From Chlamydiota bacterium (lineage in GTDB: Bacteria > Auribacterota > Tritonobacteria > UBA1439): a DNA stretch of 26,871 nt. Each line of letters starts with the position of its first letter. Position 1 is the first letter of the stretch. The notes under the pieces are model-generated. The model was not told the origin of the DNA. It ran no database searches and worked only from the letters and a program-made list of their open reading frames with translations. The stretch spans positions 1 to 26,871 of the forward strand of contig JBAXOY010000034.1 in the NCBI GenBank assembly GCA_037133055.1. The letters run 5' to 3'. The translations under genes and the position numbers were made by a program. Of this stretch, positions 17,637-26,341 are shown piece by piece.

Positions 17637-18635
17637 ATGAAACCGCTTCTCGATGCCAGTCAAAGGCCCTCCGCCCAAGGAGGCCGAAAAGCGATTTCGT
17701 GTCGATCGACAAATTCGATATCAATAATAATTCCGGTTTATAATTCACAGATGTGCCTTCAGGAGTTATATGTTCGAATAAAGAAGGTTACTGAAGCGAA
17801 TAAGTATAATTACGAGATTATTTTTGTAGAAGATTCAGGCAGGGATAATTCATGGGGGGTTATTACTCAGCTGGCAGCCGGAGATGGAAATATACGGGCT
17901 ATTCAGTTGAGCAAGAATTTCGGCCAGCACAATGCCTTGTTATGCGGTATCCGTCTAGCCCGCCATGACGTAATTGTAACTATCGATGACGATCTTCAAT
18001 ATTCCCCCGAAGATATTCCAAAATTGCTGGAACAGATTGCAAATGGGTTTGACGTTGTGTACGGGGTGTCACATAAAAAACAGCACGGGATAATAAGAGG
18101 TTTGATTACCTATAGTGTAAAAATGGTATTACTCAGGGTCATGAACATACGCGGTATTCGTAACATCAGTCCTTTCAGAGCCTTCAAGGCAGGGCTCGTG
18201 GATGTTCTCGATATTTATCAAGGGCCGTTTGTATCTATCGATGTTCTTTTGAGTTGGGGGACAGACAGGTTTGCAAGTATTTTTGTCCAGCATAATCCAA
18301 GATATAGCGGGAGAACAAACTACAATGTAATGCGTTTATTAAGTTATACGTTTAATCTGATCACCGGTTTTAGCGTGCTGCCGCTGCAGTTCGCCAGCTT
18401 GGTCGGGTTTCTGTCAATGCTCTTTGGCATCGCGATGCTATTTTTTGTATTGATCAGGTTCGCTATCTACGGCGGTGTCGTTCCCGGTTTCGTTTTTCTC
18501 GCGTCGGTAACTATAATTTTTTCCGGTACTATTCTTTTCGCGTTGGGTATTTATGGGGAATATCTGGCCCGCCTTTATTACCGAGTTATGCAAAAACCGC
18601 AATATGCCGTCAGGGAAAAAATTGACAACGATTAA
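17637..18635 (+). CDS. ArnC/GtrB-like polyprenyl-phosphate glycosyltransferase (GT2 with two C-terminal TM helices)
   Basis: ISIIIPVYN, FVEDSGRD, LSKNFGQHNALLCG, IDDDLQ, GFDVVYG, ITGFSVLPLQ, LGIYGEYLARLY...PQYAV. Confidence 0.9.
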   Translation: MKPLLDASQRPSAQGGRKAISCRSTNSISIIIPVYNSQMCLQELYVRIKKVTEANKYNYEIIFVEDSGRDNSWGVITQLAAGDGNIRAIQLSKNFGQHNALLCGIRLARHDVIVTIDDDLQYSPEDIPKLLEQIANGFDVVYGVSHKKQHGIIRGLITYSVKMVLLRVMNIRGIRNISPFRAFKAGLVDVLDIYQGPFVSIDVLLSWGTDRFASIFVQHNPRYSGRTNYNVMRLLSYTFNLITGFSVLPLQFASLVGFLSMLFGIAMLFFVLIRFAIYGGVVPGFVFLASVTIIFSGTILFALGIYGEYLARLYYRVMQKPQYAVREKIDND

Positions 18636-18649
18636 TGAGGGGAATTTTC

Positions 18650-19447
18650 ATGACAGGGAAACTAACGGTCAATCAGATCAAGGGCTACTGGGAAAAGCAG
18701 GCTTTAAAATTTGCCCATTCGCCCGCTGTTTCATGGTCGGACCACAGAATGATTGAAATGGAGATCCGTGAAATTACACGCTACTTGGAAGATGGCGATA
18801 CAGTGTTAGACATCGGTTGCGCCAATGGATTTTCTACCGTTAAGTATGCGCTCGAGAAAGACATTGAGATCTGTGGCATAGATTATATATCTGAAATGAT
18901 ACGACAGGCAGGATTACGGCTCAAGCCCCTTGCCGCAAAGAGGAAAGGGAAAATCACATTCAGGACTGGAAATGTTCTTTGCTTGAAAGTGCGGGATAAT
19001 GGTTACGACAAGGTAATTACCACCCGGGTGCTCATTAATCTTGGAAATTGGAAAAATCAGCAAAAAGGGTTGCTCGAGTGCATGAGGGTTTTAAAGCCCG
19101 GGGGGATCCTCCTGCTTTCGGAAGCAACAGTGCAGGGTTGGAAAAAGCTAAACGCATTCAGGCATGAATGGCAACTCCCGGCTATTCCCATGCCGTCATT
19201 TAATTTCTATCTGGATGAGCGCAAGGTGCTCGGTTTTACTTCGAGGTATTTGGAACCGATCGCCATCGTTAATTTTTCCAGCACCTATTACGTTGGGACA
19301 AGGGTGCTCAAGCCGCTATTGGCAAAGGCCTCAGGGGCTGATATCAACGTCGCAGATCCTCACATGGAGTGGAATCGTTGGCTTGCCCGGTTGCCGGCGT
19401 GGGGAGACTACGGTACGCAAAAACTATTTATTTTCAAAAAGAAATAA
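18650..19447 (+). CDS. Class I SAM-dependent methyltransferase
   Basis: VLDIGCANG, GIDY, YDKVITTRVLIN, RVLKPGG; GAGGGG RBS before ATG 18650 (alternative start 18635). Confidence 0.88.
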   Translation: MTGKLTVNQIKGYWEKQALKFAHSPAVSWSDHRMIEMEIREITRYLEDGDTVLDIGCANGFSTVKYALEKDIEICGIDYISEMIRQAGLRLKPLAAKRKGKITFRTGNVLCLKVRDNGYDKVITTRVLINLGNWKNQQKGLLECMRVLKPGGILLLSEATVQGWKKLNAFRHEWQLPAIPMPSFNFYLDERKVLGFTSRYLEPIAIVNFSSTYYVGTRVLKPLLAKASGADINVADPHMEWNRWLARLPAWGDYGTQKLFIFKKK

Positions 19448-19466
19448 GCAGGATGGTGATATACCA

Positions 19467-20837
19467 TCATTTAGATGGACCCTTTAATTGCCCGGGAAAA
19501 ATACGCGCTATGCTGCGGCCGGACCGGATCAGCAGGGAGAGGGTCGCATAGATGCCGGTTGCCACAATGACCCTGCCGGCGATAATGGTCGGCAGGTAGT
19601 ATCTCCCCCAATTAAGCTTCATGAATGCGAGTATAAAAAAATAATTACAGAGAAAATATAGGAGCGGAATGGCCCAGAGGGAAATCTTTTTTTCCATGAA
19701 CGAGGAATACAGTTTCTTTATGCACACGACAAATCCTACAAGCAGAAAAAACCACTCTCCGGGGAAAGTGGCGAGACCGACGAAGAGCGTCCTGTGAAAT
19801 ACGCGGTATTTCATTCTGTTGCTCTGCCAGCCGGAGCCTAGACGCGTTGCTATCCCCTGGAGATGCTCATCCCATCGCAAGGGCATGACAAATAAGTAGA
19901 GCGGATGGGAAAGATTGGCCAACTGGGGGTAGCGATCAAGGAGATCCGCTGTGTGCAATGTATGATGTATGAGATCCCGGGAAAGCAGTTTCATTTCCTG
20001 GACAACCGAAGTGATGTCGATGTCTTTGAATGACGGCCATAAGAAAGGGTTGAGACTGAAGGCCACCAGAAGGGCGACGAATGAAAAGATAACGATATAT
20101 AGCAGCATCTCCCTGTAGGTGCCTTTCGTGACGGCGTGCCTGTAAAGAAGTGCGGCGATAACCATCATGGCCGCCACAGGCAATCCCGTTATTTTTACGG
20201 AACACGCAAGGCCTCCCGCCGCGCCAATGAGCGCACTCATCGCAGCGAGATGAGATTTTCGCGAGAGCGTAAGTAGCGCAAGAGAGGCAAGAAAGACGCA
20301 GATCAAGAAGAAATTGTAGTATGCATCCGCCGTCGCGATCGCGATGTTAGCGATGAAAGTCCTGTTCGAGATGAGGAGCGCACATGCGATAAGGCCTATG
20401 CAGAGGTTTGTGCAATGGTACGCAGCAAGAAAGAGCGCGACGCAGCACAGTACGCCAAAACACGCAGGGGTCATGCGTGCGGCAAGGAGTGTATCCCTTG
20501 GGGGTATTCTTCCCTGGGTTCGATTTTTCTCCTCGGAGATTGACCAATTATAAAATCCCCAAAATTCCTTCTGTTTGGTAATCCGCAATGGAAGGCCCGT
20601 GAGCAGCTTTCCCAGGGGTATATTTGCATAGGCATTCTCCCGGCGTCCTTCCCGCTGCCATTTTTCCCATGTGAAATCGCCTTGGGCCAGGAGGTTGCTG
20701 CAGTAAAAGCCATCGGAAATCCAATAGGATTCATCACCCATATACGGGTTTCGTTCGATAAAGGTAAATAGCACCAGCCCGGAGACAAGGGCTATCGCGA
20801 TAATGCTGAGACCACAGGATGTTCTTGGTTGCGGCAT
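19467..20837 (-). CDS. ArnT/PMT-like (GT-C) polytopic membrane glycosyltransferase
   Basis: DE motif after TM1 (YMGDESYW), ARMTPACFG, ADAYYNFF, GLACSVKITG, RYYLP, many TM helices; GGAG before ATG 20837. Confidence 0.75.
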   Translation of the reverse strand: MPQPRTSCGLSIIAIALVSGLVLFTFIERNPYMGDESYWISDGFYCSNLLAQGDFTWEKWQREGRRENAYANIPLGKLLTGLPLRITKQKEFWGFYNWSISEEKNRTQGRIPPRDTLLAARMTPACFGVLCCVALFLAAYHCTNLCIGLIACALLISNRTFIANIAIATADAYYNFFLICVFLASLALLTLSRKSHLAAMSALIGAAGGLACSVKITGLPVAAMMVIAALLYRHAVTKGTYREMLLYIVIFSFVALLVAFSLNPFLWPSFKDIDITSVVQEMKLLSRDLIHHTLHTADLLDRYPQLANLSHPLYLFVMPLRWDEHLQGIATRLGSGWQSNRMKYRVFHRTLFVGLATFPGEWFFLLVGFVVCIKKLYSSFMEKKISLWAIPLLYFLCNYFFILAFMKLNWGRYYLPTIIAGRVIVATGIYATLSLLIRSGRSIARIFPGQLKGPSK

Positions 20838-20934
20838 GATGCATATCTCCCGGATCTGCGAACACAGGGATGGTATCAAGAAAACATATGATAAGGGAAG
20901 GACGATGCTGCATGAAAAGTATCCCCTCAGTTAC

Positions 20935-20960
20935 GTAGGGGGGCCTTAAGGCCCCCCTAC
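20935..20960. repeat. Perfect 26-bp palindrome (GTAG-type REP-like element or operator)
   Basis: GTAGGGGGGCC-TTAA-GGCCCCCCTAC between divergently oriented genes. Confidence 0.7.
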
Positions 20961-21000
20961 ACAAATAGAGGGCGGTCCCATTCTGAACTGAGGGAATACC

Positions 21001-21702
21001 ATGAAAAGCGATTGGCTATGCAGACTCAAAGATTGCTTCAAAAAATATCCGGAACTCTATCACACGCTGATAGTACTACTATCGCCAATACACTATCCTG
21101 CTGGAAAGATAAGGGATAAAATCCGTAAAAATTTTGATCTGGAATCCGAGGTAGTGATAAATGTGGGTTCGGGCCCTGTTTCTTTACATAAAAATATCAT
21201 AAACGTGGATATCGAACGGCATAAAAATGTCCATGTTATTGCCGATGCGATGAACCTGCCTTTCAAAGATCACTCTGTCGACGGAGTAATAACCATAGCA
21301 GTCCTGGAACATATAAAGAATCCTGAAAAAGCGCTGCTTGACTTCTATAGGATAATCAAACCAAGGGGTCGAATACTCACGTATGTGCCATTTATTCAAG
21401 GGTATCATGCATCACCTCATGACTACCATCGCTGGACAATACAGGGTATTGAAGAGGCGCATAGATATTTTCTAAAGGTCGAATCAGGTGTCTGTTCTGG
21501 CCCTACAAGCGCGCTAGTGTGGATACTCACAGAGTGGCTGGCAATGATATTCTCAATGGGGAGCCTGAGACTATACAAAATGATGTATATTGCGTTTATG
21601 TTGACCCTGTGGCCTCTGAAATTCTTGGATATACTGATCAGCACGCATCCTGTCTCCAGCAACATAGCTTCTGTTTTATATTTTGTGGGGAAAAAGAAGT
21701 AG
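21001..21702 (+). CDS. Class I SAM-dependent methyltransferase (Methyltransf_11-like)
   Basis: VINVGSG, INVDI, ADAMNLPF, VDGVITIAVLEH, RIIKPRG, YHASPHDYHRWT; GAGGG RBS; markedly AT-rich. Confidence 0.88.
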   Translation: MKSDWLCRLKDCFKKYPELYHTLIVLLSPIHYPAGKIRDKIRKNFDLESEVVINVGSGPVSLHKNIINVDIERHKNVHVIADAMNLPFKDHSVDGVITIAVLEHIKNPEKALLDFYRIIKPRGRILTYVPFIQGYHASPHDYHRWTIQGIEEAHRYFLKVESGVCSGPTSALVWILTEWLAMIFSMGSLRLYKMMYIAFMLTLWPLKFLDILISTHPVSSNIASVLYFVGKKK

Positions 21703-21728
21703 GGTGTGCCGCGGGGCCGGTGGCTGGC

Positions 21729-22763
21729 TCAGTCGTGCACCCACCTGCAGTACCAGTGCCGTATCCCCGGCCTCCATGCCCCGGTCATGAACGGGGCGGA
21801 GTTCGCGACCCATGCGCCCCCGATGAAGCTGATCCTCCGGTAGTCCGCCTCGCGGTAGAGCCGGCGGAAGATCGGGCGGGCGAGGCGGTCGAGGTTGAGC
21901 CAGGGGAGGGCCTTCTTCAGGGCCCGAATGCGCCCGAGTGTCCGCGCATCCCGGGCGACCCGCTTCGGCACGGAGGCCGCGAGGCGCGTGATCGCCCTTT
22001 CCATGTCGGAGATGGTGCCGGACCAGTTGAGCTGAGAGCGGTTTTTGAAATGATGGCGGAACCCCGCCAGGACCGGGTCCGCGTGCCAGAGCGTGTCGAG
22101 AGTGAAGAACCGGCACCAGAGCTCGCCGTCTATCAGCAGGCGGTAGTCCTCGTTCATGGTGCCCCCCGCCTTCTCCCAGAGGCCGCGCCGCCAGAAAACC
22201 GATTCCTGCTGTATCCAGCCGAAGTCACGCAGCAGGTAGTTGTACACGTTTTTATACACCGGTTTGGACGCGATATGCCTGCCCTCTTCGTCCCACCAGG
22301 AGTTGTGTCCCACAAGCCAGTGTGCCTCGGGGAGCGCCGTAAAGATCTCCGCCATGGTCCGGAATGTCCATGGCATGTACATGTCGTCGCTGTTGAGCCA
22401 GGCCATGATCTCCCCGGTTGCGCGTCTCATGCCGCTGTTGATCGCATCCGCGTGGCCACGGTCTTTCCGCGTATGCCAGTACGCGAGCCACGGTTCGTAC
22501 TTTTTAATAATGTCGGCGCTCCCGTCGGTGCTCCCGCCGTCGATGACGATGTACTCGAGGTTCGGGTACCCCTGGATCAGGACGGAGCGGATCGTCGCCT
22601 CGAGGAACTGGGCGTAGTTGTAGTTCGGCGTCACGATGCTGATCTTCGGCCACGGGGCGCCGCCGGGCATCGTATCGGGAAAGCGAGGCCCCGGCCCCAT
22701 CCAGGGCCACCCGTATTCTCCCTCGGGGGCGGGCGGAAACGTCTCTGGCGCGGCGGATCGCAT
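21729..22763 (-). CDS. GT2 glycosyltransferase (WcaE-like)
   Basis: GWPW...WPKISIVTPNYN, YIVIDGGSTD, AINSG, AWLNSDD, QESVFWRR, DGELWCR. Alternative start GTG 22820. Confidence 0.92.
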   Translation of the reverse strand: MRSAAPETFPPAPEGEYGWPWMGPGPRFPDTMPGGAPWPKISIVTPNYNYAQFLEATIRSVLIQGYPNLEYIVIDGGSTDGSADIIKKYEPWLAYWHTRKDRGHADAINSGMRRATGEIMAWLNSDDMYMPWTFRTMAEIFTALPEAHWLVGHNSWWDEEGRHIASKPVYKNVYNYLLRDFGWIQQESVFWRRGLWEKAGGTMNEDYRLLIDGELWCRFFTLDTLWHADPVLAGFRHHFKNRSQLNWSGTISDMERAITRLAASVPKRVARDARTLGRIRALKKALPWLNLDRLARPIFRRLYREADYRRISFIGGAWVANSAPFMTGAWRPGIRHWYCRWVHD

Positions 22764-22827
22764 GGTGCACTGTCCATTGGCGTGGCGCCGTCCCGGAGTC
22801 CGGTGACGGCGGATAAACACGCACTAC

Positions 22828-22857
22828 AGTATACGCCGCGCGAGGCGGGTCGGGCAA
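22828..22857 (-). promoter_or_regulatory. Sigma70-type promoter
   Basis: Minus strand TTGCCC-N18-TATACT. Confidence 0.55.
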
Positions 22858-22861
22858 GCCG

Positions 22862-22890
22862 TTGTTGATGGCCCCCGGGTATGGTAGCAT
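22862..22890 (+). promoter_or_regulatory. Sigma70-type promoter with extended -10
   Basis: TTGTTG-N17-TAGCAT with TG at 22882-22883; back to back with the minus-strand promoter. Confidence 0.55.
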
Positions 22891-22917
22891 CATGACGCGT
22901 ACGGCGGGACTTGGGCC

Positions 22918-24759
22918 ATGAAAATCCTCGTAGTGGATCACCCGTATCACCGGTTCACCCGCTCGTTTGATTTCATCACGGGGCCGCTGGCGGCGCGGCA
23001 CGAGCTCGAGACCGTGTATCACAACACCTATGAATCGGACCTCCCTCCGCTGAAGCTGGACGCGTACGACGCGCTTCTCTTCCTCCAGGTGCCGCCGAAG
23101 CACCCCCACCCCAACTGCACCTGGGTCCCCATGTACGACTCCGTTGCGCTGAGCCGGCGCGGGGTATTCCATCCGCTCGATCTCCCGAATCTGAAGCACC
23201 TGTGCTTCTGCAAGCGCCTTTACGACGAAGTGTCCCGGTGCGGTGTGGCCGCGAGATATTTCCAGTACTGGCCCACGCCCCTCACGATCGTGGAGTACGG
23301 CGAGCCGGCGCTGTTCTTCTGGTACCGCACCCCGTCCCTGACGTGGGAGGATGCGAAGCGCGTTATCGGCGACTTCAAGGTCGCGCGCGTCTTCATCAAG
23401 AACGATCCGGGCCCCGGTTTCGAAAAGATCGTCATACCGGATGCCGACAGACGGCGGTACCGCATCCGTGAGTGCGATTCGTTTATGCCGCGGGAGGAGT
23501 ATGAGGAGGTCCTCGCGGAGCACAACATCACCATCGCGTCCCGTCCCTACGAGGGGATCGGGCGGACCACGCTGGAACTCATGTCGCGGGGGTACTGCGT
23601 GGTCGCCCTTGACAGGCCGACCGCCAACGAATACCTGGCGCACAACGCGACCGGGATCCTGATGCCCGAAATCGGCCCGGTCGACCTGAGGCACTATGCG
23701 TCGATCGGGCGCGCGGCCCGGGAGACGGTCGGGGAGAAGTCCCGCGAATGGCCCCGGCGGCTGAACGAGCTCCTCGACTTCATCGCGTCCCCGGCGGGGC
23801 GGTCTTCGGGGGTACGGGGTCACTTACGGGGGGTGCTTTCCCCCCCCACTCCAACCCTCCTCCTCAAGGGGGGAGGGGGAAAAGGATATGAGCCCCCTAT
23901 ACGTGACCCCTTACCTTCGGGGAGCTCACGCGGCCCAGCGGCGCCGATGATCAGCGTCGTCACCTGCTGCTATAACCAGGGTCGTTACCTCGGGCACAAC
24001 ATCGAATCGGTGCTCGCGCAACGGTATCCGCGCTTCGAGCATATCGTCGTCGACGACGGTTCGACGGACGAGACCCCCGCCGTGTGCGCCCGCTACCCGC
24101 ATCTGCGCGTCCCATGCCGCCAGGATAATTCCGGACAATCGGCGGCGCTCAACCGCGGTTTCAGGGAATCGCGGGGGGAGATCATCGCCTGGCTCAACTC
24201 GGACGACTATTACGAGCCGGGTGCTTTCGATCGGGTCGCGCGCGAGCTGGATCCGGCTCGCGGCCGCCATATCGTGACCGGCGGGGTGAAGCTGGTCGAC
24301 GAGAACGGCGGCGTGATACGGCTGCTCCGGAAGGGGGGGGTTTCTTTCCATCGGCTCCTGTTTCATCCGATGCTCCATCTCCACGGCGGGCGGGGCTGCA
24401 TGCCCTGCCAGCCGTCCACCTTCTTTCACCGGAGCGTCTTCGAGAAGCTCGGCCCCCTCGACACAGGGCTCATCTACGCCATGGACTACGATTACTGGCT
24501 CCGCGCCTTCCTGGCCGGCTACCGGTTCCTGTATGTCCCGCAGATCTTCTCCAATTACCGGTTTCATCCCTCCTCGCACTCCTCGCTCGGATGGGACGCA
24601 TTCGTGAGGGAGTGGACGGCGGTGGCGGATCGGCATTACCGCGGACTGCCGCCCGGGCGGCGGCATACGGAAGAGCTGTGGATGGGGTATCTGAGGATTG
24701 AGACCGCCGTCCTCAGGCTCGCGAGGGCGATGCGTCGGCGGGTAATGGCCGCCCCCTGA
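22918..24759 (+). CDS. Two-domain glycosyltransferase: N-terminal GT-B (GT4-like) domain plus C-terminal GT2 domain
   Basis: N-domain IASRPYEGIGRTTLELMSRG...PTANEYLAHNATGIL (Ex7E-type motif); C-domain ISVVTCCYNQ, VVDDGSTD, ALNRG, AWLNSDD, CQPSTFF, MDYDYWLR. Confidence 0.88.
   Translation: MKILVVDHPYHRFTRSFDFITGPLAARHELETVYHNTYESDLPPLKLDAYDALLFLQVPPKHPHPNCTWVPMYDSVALSRRGVFHPLDLPNLKHLCFCKRLYDEVSRCGVAARYFQYWPTPLTIVEYGEPALFFWYRTPSLTWEDAKRVIGDFKVARVFIKNDPGPGFEKIVIPDADRRRYRIRECDSFMPREEYEEVLAEHNITIASRPYEGIGRTTLELMSRGYCVVALDRPTANEYLAHNATGILMPEIGPVDLRHYASIGRAARETVGEKSREWPRRLNELLDFIASPAGRSSGVRGHLRGVLSPPTPTLLLKGGGGKGYEPPIRDPLPSGSSRGPAAPMISVVTCCYNQGRYLGHNIESVLAQRYPRFEHIVVDDGSTDETPAVCARYPHLRVPCRQDNSGQSAALNRGFRESRGEIIAWLNSDDYYEPGAFDRVARELDPARGRHIVTGGVKLVDENGGVIRLLRKGGVSFHRLLFHPMLHLHGGRGCMPCQPSTFFHRSVFEKLGPLDTGLIYAMDYDYWLRAFLAGYRFLYVPQIFSNYRFHPSSHSSLGWDAFVREWTAVADRHYRGLPPGRRHTEELWMGYLRIETAVLRLARAMRRRVMAAP
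23811..23915. mobile_element. MITE-like palindromic insertion, in frame within the GT inter-domain linker
   Basis: Imperfect terminal inverted repeats of about 25 bp (GGTACGGGGTCACTTACGGGGGG vs reverse complement GGTAAGGGGTCACGTATAGGGGG); flanking direct repeat TTCGGG at 23805-23810 and 23916-23921; internal C-rich/G-rich hairpin; net 111 nt. Confidence 0.75.
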
Positions 24760-24768
24760 TGCGGGGCG

Positions 24769-25734
24769 CTACGCCCGGCTTCTTCGCCCGGCGACCTGCG
24801 ACTCGATCCACGGGTAGGTGAGCGCGAGGCCGCGCGCGAGCGGGAACTCCGATCTCCAGCCGATCGCATAGATGCGGTCGTTTGCGAAGTTGCGGGACTG
24901 AACGCCCACCGGCCCCTCGACGTGCCTGATCCGGATCCTCTTTCCCGCGATCCGCGCGATCGCCATGGCGAGCTCGTCCACGGTCACGTATTCGGGGCAC
25001 CCGATATTGACCGCCCCCTCGAGGTCCGAGCGCATGAGCCTCACTATCCCTTCGACCATGTCGTCCACGTAGGTGTAGGACCGGACGGCCCTGCCGTCGC
25101 CCCAGGCATCGATTGTTCCGCCGTCGTCCGCCTCGGCAATTTTCCGGCACAGGGCCGCGGGCGCCTTCTCGCGCCCCCCGTCCCACGTCCCCTCCGGGCC
25201 GTAGCAGTTCTGAAACCGCGCGATGCGCACCGTCATCTTATGCCGGCGCGCGTATGCCAGGAGGACCCGCTCAGAGTAGAGCTTCTCCCACCCGTACTCG
25301 TTGTGGGGCATCGCGGGATAGGCGCCCTCCTCCGGCATCTCGGGCTCTCCGGGAGCCATGTCGCGGTACACGCAGGCGGAGGAGGAGTAGAAATACCGCG
25401 GGATCTCTGCCTGCATTGCGGCGTGGGTCATGTTGAGATTGATGAGCACGTTGTGGCGCATCACCTCGCATTCGGCGAAGTGGATGAACCCCATCCCCCC
25501 CATGTCGGCGGCGAGCTGATAAACCTCAGGGGCCGGGCCAGGGCCGAGCGACAGCGCGGCGGCGCAGTTCTCGATCTCCCGGAGATCCAGGAGGAGAAAC
25601 TCGTCCGCCGCCGTCGGGGCGTACTCGTGCTCCTTGATGTCGACCCCGCGGACCCAGCAGCCCTCTTTCTTCAGGCGTTTCACCAGGTGGCCCCCGATGA
25701 ATCCGCCCGCCCCGCATACAATCGCCCGTTTCAT
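24769..25734 (-). CDS. NAD-dependent epimerase, GDP-mannose 3,5-epimerase-like extended SDR
   Basis: GAGGFIG, LAADMGGMGFI, YSSSACVY, YGWEK (YxxxK), GGREKAPAALCRK, RSYTYVDD; GGAGG upstream of ATG 25734. Confidence 0.88.
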   Translation of the reverse strand: MKRAIVCGAGGFIGGHLVKRLKKEGCWVRGVDIKEHEYAPTAADEFLLLDLREIENCAAALSLGPGPAPEVYQLAADMGGMGFIHFAECEVMRHNVLINLNMTHAAMQAEIPRYFYSSSACVYRDMAPGEPEMPEEGAYPAMPHNEYGWEKLYSERVLLAYARRHKMTVRIARFQNCYGPEGTWDGGREKAPAALCRKIAEADDGGTIDAWGDGRAVRSYTYVDDMVEGIVRLMRSDLEGAVNIGCPEYVTVDELAMAIARIAGKRIRIRHVEGPVGVQSRNFANDRIYAIGWRSEFPLARGLALTYPWIESQVAGRRSRA

Positions 25735-25768
25735 CCTCTGCCTCCGCATCCGATGCCGCACAGACAGG

Positions 25769-26341
25769 TTAGATACGCTGTTTTGACTTTATCCTCAGGC
25801 TCCTTATTTCATCGTTAAGGAATGCCTCTACGCCCAATTGATCGGCCCATTTCCCAAGATACGCGAAATCCAGCGTGTCGGAATTATCCGCAAGTATATT
25901 CCTTGCATCTTCTGTATCCTTTTCTCTGCCCGTCTGTAATTTTAAAAGGATCAGATCTTCGCAGGAAATAATATCTATGAGCATTTCCCCGAATTTTATC
26001 CTTTTCGCTCTTTTCACTATTCTCTTCTGGAAGACGGTTTCGGCGATGAACAAATCCACGTATAATTTGTACTTTTTATCACACAGGGTTATAAATGGCA
26101 AACCATGAATAAACTTCACGGGTTGTTTCCCATCATACCCGAAACCCGATTTACCGGCAGCGATTAGAAACTCGGCCAGATCATGTTTCCCGGAATGGAT
26201 AATGCCGTCTATATCGTAGGTAGCCCTCGGCCTGGCGTAGAAGCTCGTGGCTATGCCTCCCATCAATACGAAGCGTATCTCTTTCTCCCGGCAGAGTTTT
26301 ACGAGCGTTTTGATCGTCCGTGTCAAAATATCACTTACCAT
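25769..26341 (-). CDS. Nucleotidyltransferase-fold protein (AbiEii/DUF6036-like), putative toxin-antitoxin component
   Basis: VLMGGIA...PRATYDID, VDLF, EDLILLKL..GREKD..DA, LDFAYLGKWA; AT-rich. Confidence 0.8.
   Translation of the reverse strand: MVSDILTRTIKTLVKLCREKEIRFVLMGGIATSFYARPRATYDIDGIIHSGKHDLAEFLIAAGKSGFGYDGKQPVKFIHGLPFITLCDKKYKLYVDLFIAETVFQKRIVKRAKRIKFGEMLIDIISCEDLILLKLQTGREKDTEDARNILADNSDTLDFAYLGKWADQLGVEAFLNDEIRSLRIKSKQRI

Noticed and set aside
2818..25818. Many long alternative ORFs (e.g. 2818-4446, 3390-4538, 8897-11044, 11194-12336, 15375-16718, 21519-22868, 22504-23823, 24922-25818)
   Set aside because: They are shadow frames overlapping motif-supported genes, rich in R/P/G and without recognisable motifs, as expected in GC-rich DNA.
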